Source: an uncultured Candidatus Binatia bacterium
Lineage (GTDB): Bacteria; Desulfobacterota; Binatia; Bin18
NCBI GenBank assembly: GCA_965214605.1
Contig: OZ243961.1
Coordinates: 2,831,008 to 2,895,007 of the forward strand
DNA length: 64,000 nucleotides
Direction of reading: 5' to 3'
The translations under genes and the position numbers were made by a program. Positions 57,535 to 64,000 of this stretch are shown piece after piece (the first letter of the stretch is position 1; each line of letters opens with the position of its first letter). Under the pieces are notes generated by a model. The model searched no databases, was not told where the DNA came from, and saw nothing but the letters and a program-made list of their open reading frames with translations.

Positions 57535-58640
57535 TCCCGCATTTTTAACATCGGATCTTGTTCTTCTTCGAAGTCTTCTTCCTCCTCTTCGATCGGTCCA
57601 CTCGCCCAGGGTAAGAAGCGGCGTATGCCCCGCACCGATTGTTCTTCCTCAAGCCCGGCCAAGCGGCGTTCTTCGGCCTCTTTTCTATATTTTTCGCGGG
57701 CTTCTTCAATCAGTCTGAGTTCTTCGCGGCGGTCTTCCAACGCTTGCGCCCGAATGTTGGCCTCCTCCTTTCGCAACGCGGTGACCAGCAGCAAAAGCGG
57801 ATCAAGACTAGGCTCGGGTAGCCCGGCCAAGTCCCCGTTGGCCACGTCGGTGGACGGGCCAGCTTCTTGTCCGTCTTCGAGCGAAGCGACTTCTTCGGCC
57901 AGAGCGCCAATTTGTTCCAACTGTTTGATTTGTTCGGCAGAGGGGAGGGTGGTGGCCCGAAAGTCATGGGCTTTGGCCGCCAGAGTGGCTAACTCTGGTG
58001 CCTGGTCCAGGGTCAGGACTTCTTCGAGTCTGGCTAGGGCCTCCGTGCTGGCCTCGGTTTCGGGATACTGCTCGACAAGCGACCGCAGACGGACTCTGGC
58101 CGCAAACAAATGACCGATCCTCTGATACTGATTGCTAATGCCGAGGATACTCGACGCCAGCACTTCGCGGCACTCCCGACTCTTTTCCTCGGCCAGGGCG
58201 CTGAAGCTGCTGTCGGAGTAGCGCTCAAGGACAATCCGGAAATGTTTGTAAGCGTTTTGGGTAACGGCCTGGTCTCGGTCCGGCGAGCGCATCTGTTCGA
58301 GATATGACATGCCCCGATAGTACTCGACAAACGGCAAGTGGGGGCTCGTTGGATAGCCGCGCTCAAAGTCGTTAAACGCGGCTATCCCGTCGCTATACTC
58401 GCCATCGAGATAATACGAGTAGGCGATTTTGAGTTGGGATTCCTCCGCATAGGGATTGAGGGGGTAGTGGTCGAGCAAATCACGGAAGTTCTCGGTTGCA
58501 ATATTATAGTCCCCATCCACGTAGGCTTTTTCCGCTATATCGAAATACTCCTGAGCCGACGGGCGTTTGACCACCGACGTGCAGCCGGCAAGGCAGACAA
58601 GAACAAGCACCCATACCGACAACCCGCTGTCTCTCCACAT
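57507..58640 (-). CDS. bamD: BamD-like TPR lipoprotein with acidic/coiled-coil C-terminal extension
   Basis: Lipoprotein signal (LVLVCLAGC), TPR repeats with BamD-like pattern (YFDIAEKAYVDGDY, YYRGMSY), then about 130 aa of E/R-rich coiled coil ending in EEEEEDFEEEQD. Confidence 0.65.
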   Translation of the reverse strand: MWRDSGLSVWVLVLVCLAGCTSVVKRPSAQEYFDIAEKAYVDGDYNIATENFRDLLDHYPLNPYAEESQLKIAYSYYLDGEYSDGIAAFNDFERGYPTSPHLPFVEYYRGMSYLEQMRSPDRDQAVTQNAYKHFRIVLERYSDSSFSALAEEKSRECREVLASSILGISNQYQRIGHLFAARVRLRSLVEQYPETEASTEALARLEEVLTLDQAPELATLAAKAHDFRATTLPSAEQIKQLEQIGALAEEVASLEDGQEAGPSTDVANGDLAGLPEPSLDPLLLLVTALRKEEANIRAQALEDRREELRLIEEAREKYRKEAEERRLAGLEEEQSVRGIRRFLPWASGPIEEEEEDFEEEQDPMLKMREWMPEWIPF

Positions 58641-58804
58641 GACCCTCTCACGTTAGAGGATTTTCTCGGAGCTTGTCAACGTACCTGAGCGATGCGGGCA
58701 GGCTCAGACCGGGGCCGACAGAGCTCGGCGGAGTTGACAGCCCGGAAATAGACACTCTAAGATACCCGAAATCCTTGTGTGTACGGATAAAGGCAGGGAC
58801 CGCT

Positions 58805-60055
58805 ATGAAAGACGAACGCCGTCGCGTCGTAATTACTGGGTTGGGTTTGGTCACGCCGCTCGGTACGGGGGTTGAGAAAAACTGGACTAGGCTGGTCGAA
58901 GGTCGCTCCGGTATCGGTCCGATCACCCGCTTCGACGTATCGGACTTTCCCACCCGGATTGGTGGCGAGGTCAAAGATTTTGTGCCCGAGGAGTTCATTG
59001 AGAAACGAGAGATCAAAAAAATGGACCCCTTCATCCAGTACGCCTATGCCTCAGCCCAAATGGCAATGGATGAAGCCGGCCTGCCGATCACACCGGACAA
59101 TGAGGACTTAGTGGGGGTGATCCTCGGTGTCGGGATCGGGGGCCTGACCAGCATTGAAACCTACCATAAAATTTTCCTCGATACCGGCCTCAAAAAGGTC
59201 TCGCCGTTTTTTATTCCCAAACTGATCGCAAACTTGGCCCCCGGTCAGATCGCCATTCGCTATGGCGCTAAGGGCATCAATTACACTCCGACGAGCGCCT
59301 GCTCCTCCGGAGCGCACGCTATTGGCGAGGCGTTTCGTTTGATTCGCTTCGGCGAACAGCAGGCCGTGATTGCCGGTGGTGCAGAAGCCGCGCTCACCCC
59401 CCTAGGGCTCGGCGGCTTTATCGCCATGAAGGCGGTCTCGACCCAAAACGACGAGCCCCAAAAAGCCAGCCGCCCGTTTGATAAACGTCGGGATGGCTTT
59501 GTGATGGCCGAAGGAGCCGGTATGGTGGTGATGGAAGAGCTGGAATCTGCGCGTCGTCGCGGGGCGAAGATCTACGCCGAGGTGGTCGGGTATGGCGCGA
59601 ACTGCGACGCTCACCATATGACCGCCCCCTCCCCTGAAGGAGAAGGGGCGGTCCGCTGTATGCGGCAGGCGCTGCGCAGCGGCAATATTCACCCGACCGA
59701 GATCGACTACATCAACGCCCACGGAACCTCGACGCCGTACAACGACGCAACTGAGACCCAGGCCATCAAACGGGTGTTTGGTGAGCATGCCGGACGGCTG
59801 GCAATCAGTTCAACCAAATCCATGACCGGTCATCTGCTCGGTGCCGCCGGAGGAGTTGAGGCGATCTATACCGCTCTGGTCCTTGATCGTGACACCCTGC
59901 CACCGACCATTAACTATGAAGAACCTGATCCAGACTGTGACCTCGACTACGTCCCCAACACTCCGAGAAAAGCGCCGATTCGGGCGGTTCTCTCAAATTC
60001 ATTTGGCTTCGGCGGTACCAATGTGAGCATCGCGTTTCGCAAATGGACGGAGTAA
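58805..60055 (+). CDS. fabF: 3-oxoacyl-ACP synthase II
   Basis: Active-site Cys ([13 protein letters not shown]) and His/His motifs ([15 protein letters not shown]). ATG at 58805. Confidence 0.9.
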   Translation: MKDERRRVVITGLGLVTPLGTGVEKNWTRLVEGRSGIGPITRFDVSDFPTRIGGEVKDFVPEEFIEKREIKKMDPFIQYAYASAQMAMDEAGLPITPDNEDLVGVILGVGIGGLTSIETYHKIFLDTGLKKVSPFFIPKLIANLAPGQIAIRYGAKGINYTPTSACSSGAHAIGEAFRLIRFGEQQAVIAGGAEAALTPLGLGGFIAMKAVSTQNDEPQKASRPFDKRRDGFVMAEGAGMVVMEELESARRRGAKIYAEVVGYGANCDAHHMTAPSPEGEGAVRCMRQALRSGNIHPTEIDYINAHGTSTPYNDATETQAIKRVFGEHAGRLAISSTKSMTGHLLGAAGGVEAIYTALVLDRDTLPPTINYEEPDPDCDLDYVPNTPRKAPIRAVLSNSFGFGGTNVSIAFRKWTE

Positions 60056-60181
60056 GACAACGTGGGATTGACGAAGCTGTCGAACTCGAGGTGGACGATG
60101 ATCTCTTCTTGACAAGATGGTCATCATCGTTCCCCTTTCCGGCCTCATTGCCTCGGGCCAGGAGAGAGAAAGGGATTACGC

Positions 60182-61165
60182 ATGGGCGCTCGTATCATCG
60201 GCACCGGATCCTCTGTTCCCAAGACCTGTTTGACGAATAACGACCTGGAAAAGCGCGTTGACACGAGCCATGACTGGATTGTCACCCGGACCGGAATCTC
60301 TCAACGGCATGTGGTGACCGAGGGTGAGGATATCCTCGACCTGATGCACGCCGCCAGCCTCCAAGCCCTGGACGCCTCGGGCATACAGGCTGATCAGCTG
60401 CAAGCAATTGTGGTGGCCACCGTCTCCGGCAACTATGCCTTCCCCTCAACCGCGTGTTTGCTCCAAGCCCGCCTCGGGCTCGACAATATCCCGGCCTTTG
60501 ATGTGAATGCGGCGTGTGCGGGCTTTGTGTACGGTCTATCCGTCGCCCATAGCTATATCAAAAGCGGCGACTACGACCGGCTGCTGCTAGTCGGTGCCGA
60601 TACACTCAGCACCATGGTGAACTGGGAAGACCGCTCGACGTGCGTACTGTTTGGCGATGGGGCGGGAGCGGTTGTGTTGGATACCCAGAATGCCCGGTCC
60701 GACGAACGCGGCCTGCTCAGCACGGTTGTGGAATCAAGCGGGGCACTGTGGAAGCTGCTGCACGTGCGCTCCGACCATAGACAGACGGTCGATCAAGAAG
60801 ATGTGCGTCCCAAAGAGTGGGGGATTCAGATGAAGGGGCCTGAGCTGTTTAAGGTCGCTGTCCGGGCCTTATCGGAGGTCACCCGTAAAGCCCTGGACAA
60901 GGCTGGGCTATCGCCCGCAGACGTGGACCTCATGGTTCCTCATCAGGCCAATCTGCGCATTATCCGAGCTGTTGCCGAACGTCTCGGGATTGCGATGGAC
61001 CAGGTGTACTGCAACATCCAGTATTACGGCAATACCTCGGCCGCCTCTATCCCTATCGCGCTTGACGAGGCCGTCCGCGTTGGCCGGGTCCGGACCAACA
61101 ATATTCTTGCTCTGTGCGGTTGCGGTGGAGGGCTGACCTGGGGGACCTCAATCATCCGCTGGTAG
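60182..61165 (+). CDS. fabH: 3-oxoacyl-ACP synthase III
   Basis: KAS III motifs (AACAGF, N.GNTSAASIP), 327 aa. Confidence 0.9.
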   Translation: MGARIIGTGSSVPKTCLTNNDLEKRVDTSHDWIVTRTGISQRHVVTEGEDILDLMHAASLQALDASGIQADQLQAIVVATVSGNYAFPSTACLLQARLGLDNIPAFDVNAACAGFVYGLSVAHSYIKSGDYDRLLLVGADTLSTMVNWEDRSTCVLFGDGAGAVVLDTQNARSDERGLLSTVVESSGALWKLLHVRSDHRQTVDQEDVRPKEWGIQMKGPELFKVAVRALSEVTRKALDKAGLSPADVDLMVPHQANLRIIRAVAERLGIAMDQVYCNIQYYGNTSAASIPIALDEAVRVGRVRTNNILALCGCGGGLTWGTSIIRW

Positions 61166-61169
61166 CCGG

Positions 61170-61688
61170 CTAAAACCACAATTCATCCCACAGCAGCAAC
61201 GCAACGACCGCCCGCCGCTGAGCCCTCCGCGTATACGCCTCGGCCGCCCGCAGCGCTTCGGCCTCACGCAGATGGTAGGAGAGCACGTCGCCCTTGCCGT
61301 CAGGTCGTTGGGGCGGCTCGCGCAGGACAATCAACAGTTTTTCTTCCAATACCGGTCGCTTGGTCTCAACCGGAGGCGGAAAGCGGTCAAATGGATAATG
61401 CTTGAGCGAGGGTCTGGTCCGTGACCGGCCGCCCGGTTTGGCCGTACTGTAGCGTTTTTCCAGCAGCCAGAACTGGGAGAAGCCGGGCGGAATACACTGT
61501 CGGGCTTCGGCGTGGATCAGGTTCAAGCGCGTTCTGTCCAAGACCAGACTCCAGCGTATCCACTTGCGGGTCATGTAGATAAAGACATGGCCCGCGTCGC
61601 CCTGGCCGGCGCGGGTAAACGGGGTGCGGGCGGGCAGAAGATTGGACGGAAAATCCCGATAGTACGGATCGTAGGCTTCGACCATGTC
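61170..61688 (-). CDS. Hypothetical protein (172 aa from the internal ATG)
   Basis: The track ORF 61170..61856 overlaps the 3' end of the amidase gene, so a start at the ATG at 61688 (MVEAYDPYYRDF...) is assumed. No family recognised. Confidence 0.3.
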   Translation of the reverse strand, partial: DMVEAYDPYYRDFPSNLLPARTPFTRAGQGDAGHVFIYMTRKWIRWSLVLDRTRLNLIHAEARQCIPPGFSQFWLLEKRYSTAKPGGRSRTRPSLKHYPFDRFPPPVETKRPVLEEKLLIVLREPPQRPDGKGDVLSYHLREAEALRAAEAYTRRAQRRAVVALLLWDELWF

Positions 61689-61716
61689 TGCCGTCCCCGC
61701 TCGTGGCCGCCGCGCT

Positions 61717-63135
61717 TTAGGACACGAGCGGCGGCCGCCGCTCGCCCACCTGGGTCGCCTGCTCAAAGGCGTGGGCCAAGCACAGCAGGCCCAAATCGTC
61801 CTGATAGCGGCCAACAATCTGCACGCCGACCGGGAGCCCTTCGGGAGTAAATCCACCCGGCACCGAGATCGCCGGCAGGCCGGTGACGCTGATGTAGTAG
61901 CACGACTTCATCCAGTCGAGGTAGGTGTCGAGCGCCTGCCCATTGATCTCGGTCACATACTGTTGGGTCACCTCAAACGGCGGGACCTGCGAAACCGGGG
62001 CAATCAGGAACGCGTAGCGGTCCATAAACTCCCGCATGTGGTGATATAGCTCGGTACGCCGACGTTCCGCCCGCCCGATCTGAGGACCGCTCAACTGCTG
62101 GCCCTGCTCAATATTCCAGACCACCGAGTCTTTCATCTGGGCTCGATGTTCGTCCAAGAACTCGCCCAAAGTCAACTCAAAGTACCACGCCCGCCAGACC
62201 CGAAAAATCTCATCCGCATGGCTAAAGTCCGGCGTGGCCTCTTCGACAACGCAGCCTAGCTGCTCAAAAACCGCCCGCTGGGACTCCAGGACGGCAGTCA
62301 CCCGCGGATCAACCGGCAGATCACCCAGGGTATGGCTCCAGGCTATCCGTACGTCCTGAAAAGACCGCTCCAGGTCTTGGGCGAACAGGTGACCCGGCTC
62401 ATTGAGCGCAAGTGGCGCTCGGGGGTCGGGGCCGGCCAAGACGCTCAGCAACAGGGCCGCATCTTGCACCGTTCGCGCCATCGGCCCCTCCACCGCCAGC
62501 GGAAACCACGCGACCCGATGCGGCCAGGTTGGCACGCGTCCGGGAGATGGGCGCAGGCCGACCACATTGCAGAAACTGGCCGGGTTGCGCAGCGAGCCGC
62601 CTAGGTCGCTGCCGTCGGCCAGCGGCATCATGCCGCACGCCAAGCCAACCGCCGCCCCACCGCTACTCCCCCCACAGGTTTTGCTGAGATCATACGGATT
62701 GCGCGTCGCTCCAAACACCTCGTTATAGGTCTGTGAGCCGGCCCCGAACTCAGGCGTATTGGTCTTGCCAATGGTAATCGCCCCGGCCTGACGCATGCGC
62801 TCCACAATGATCTCATCTTGGTCAGGAACAAAGTCGGCAAAAATGGGCGAGCCCAGGGTCGTCCGTATGCCTGTGGTCAGGACGAGGTCTTTATGGGCGA
62901 TGGGCAGGCCGTGCAAAGGTCCAAGGGTGTCAGGCGTAGAGCGGGTCTCGTCAGCCCGGCGGGCCTGGTTGAGCGCTTGCTCGGCAATCAGGGTGACAAT
63001 CGCGTTGACCTGCGGGTTGATCCGCTCAATCTGCCCGAGATGAGCCTCGACAGACTCCTGACAGGATACTTCCCGACTGCGGATACGTGCGGCTAATTCT
63101 GTGGCAGTCAAAAAACACAGTTCGCTCGTAGACAT
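61717..63135 (-). CDS. Amidase (amidase-signature family), second copy
   Basis: AS signature GGSSGGAAVGLACGMMPLADGSDLGGSLRNPASFCN. ATG at 63135 (MSTSELCF...). Confidence 0.85.
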   Translation of the reverse strand: MSTSELCFLTATELAARIRSREVSCQESVEAHLGQIERINPQVNAIVTLIAEQALNQARRADETRSTPDTLGPLHGLPIAHKDLVLTTGIRTTLGSPIFADFVPDQDEIIVERMRQAGAITIGKTNTPEFGAGSQTYNEVFGATRNPYDLSKTCGGSSGGAAVGLACGMMPLADGSDLGGSLRNPASFCNVVGLRPSPGRVPTWPHRVAWFPLAVEGPMARTVQDAALLLSVLAGPDPRAPLALNEPGHLFAQDLERSFQDVRIAWSHTLGDLPVDPRVTAVLESQRAVFEQLGCVVEEATPDFSHADEIFRVWRAWYFELTLGEFLDEHRAQMKDSVVWNIEQGQQLSGPQIGRAERRRTELYHHMREFMDRYAFLIAPVSQVPPFEVTQQYVTEINGQALDTYLDWMKSCYYISVTGLPAISVPGGFTPEGLPVGVQIVGRYQDDLGLLCLAHAFEQATQVGERRPPLVS

Positions 63136-63175
63136 AATACGTCCCCCTCCTGTCTCACATGAGCAGCGCGCTGCT

Positions 63176-63934
63176 CTAGCCTCTGCCCACATATGGCATC
63201 TTGGTCGCCAGCACCGTCATAAACTGTACATTGGCGTCGAGGGGTAGGCTGGCCATATACACGACCGCGCGCGACACGTTCTCAACGTCCATTGTCGGCT
63301 CGGCTGCCACCGTTCCGTTGGCCTGTGGCACGCCGTGCTTCATCCTGGCTGTCATCTCCGTCTCGGCATTCCCAATATCAATTTGGCCGCAGGCAATATC
63401 GTATTTGCGACCGTCGAGAGCAGTCGATTTAGTCAGCCCCGTCATGGCGTGTTTTGTGGCGGTGTAGGGGGCCGAGTTGGGGCGCGGCACCTGGGCCGAA
63501 ATTGAGCCGTTATTGATAATCCGTCCCCCGCGCGGAGCTTGGTCTTTCATGATCTTGAACGCCTCTTGGGTGCACAGAAAGGCGCCGGTCAGATTCACAT
63601 CGACCACGCTCTGCCACTGCTCGTACGACAGGTCTTCGAGAGGCAGCGGCGGTGCGCCGCTGCCAGCATTGTTGAATAGAAGATCGAGCCGTCCAAATTT
63701 TTCGCGAGTCTTGCTAAAGAGCACGCGTACCGCGGTCGGGTCGCCTACGTCGGTTGGCACGACGAGGGTCTGATCCCGAGACGCTCCGGCTGCGGCCACT
63801 GTTTGCTCCAACAGCTCGGCCCGACGGCCGGCTAGGACGACCGCATAGCCTTCCTGCAACAGGGCCAGCGTGAGGTGCCTGCCAATGCCCGTTCCGGCCC
63901 CTGTCACTAACGCGACTTTTTGATATGTCGTCAT
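63176..63934 (-). CDS. SDR-family short-chain dehydrogenase/reductase
   Basis: TGAGTGIG Rossmann motif, NNAG motif and YTATKHA catalytic motif. ATG at 63934 ([14 protein letters not shown]). Confidence 0.85.
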   Translation of the reverse strand: MTTYQKVALVTGAGTGIGRHLTLALLQEGYAVVLAGRRAELLEQTVAAAGASRDQTLVVPTDVGDPTAVRVLFSKTREKFGRLDLLFNNAGSGAPPLPLEDLSYEQWQSVVDVNLTGAFLCTQEAFKIMKDQAPRGGRIINNGSISAQVPRPNSAPYTATKHAMTGLTKSTALDGRKYDIACGQIDIGNAETEMTARMKHGVPQANGTVAAEPTMDVENVSRAVVYMASLPLDANVQFMTVLATKMPYVGRG

Positions 63935-64000
63935 GATCTTCCCTCCTGTGGGATGGAGTGTGCCCATTGTGACTGCTTTCGGCGGCTTTGTCATTCGGTG

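Noticed and set aside
1-64000. CRISPR arrays, tRNA/rRNA genes, transposases, integrases
   Set aside because: No regularly spaced direct repeats were found. No tRNA T-arm/acceptor signatures and no DDE/tyrosine-recombinase-like ORFs were identified by eye. An Infernal/tRNAscan run would be needed to exclude small RNAs definitively.

Overview
This window is a high-GC (about 60%) chromosomal segment from a Gram-negative bacterium, inferred from BamD, OmpA-domain lipoprotein, LspA and c-type cytochrome genes. It is densely packed with housekeeping genes. Translation genes: aspS, ileS, rplU-rpmA-obg, rsfS and a CCA-adding enzyme. Amino-acid and cofactor genes: proB-proA-nadD, moeA and msrA. Envelope genes: murF, mltG, an M23 peptidase, lspA and bamD. 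DNA repair genes: uvrB and an AlkD-like glycosylase. Fatty-acid synthesis genes: fabF and fabH. Accessory-type content falls into five groups: (1) a sulfotransferase plus GT2 glycosyltransferase operon at the left edge, with a complete PAPS-synthesis pair (cysD, cysNC) about 50 kb away. (2) A sulfur-carrier-protein cluster abutting cysD/cysNC: MoeB-like E1, a ThrC-fold PLP enzyme, a CysO-like ubiquitin-fold protein ending in GG, and a degenerate E1-like protein. (3) An rmlB-rmlA-rmlD dTDP-rhamnose operon, with no rmlC in the window, followed directly by a GldA/GldF/GldG-like ABC transporter and a DUF4340 protein. (4) An orphan 504-aa SAM-methyltransferase-like protein that recalls the dnd-associated putative methyltransferase family and starts immediately after the moeA stop codon. 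(5) A MoxR AAA+ ATPase with an unusual membrane partner, tandem paralogous glycine-zipper lipoproteins, two acyl-CoA/amidase/SDR catabolic gene groups, and three regions of about 1 kb (20996-22360, 24726-25752, 36282-37338) that are nearly ORF-free. I found no CRISPR array, tRNA, rRNA, transposase or integrase. Most ORFs in the track that lie antisense to the annotated genes are treated as high-GC artefacts.
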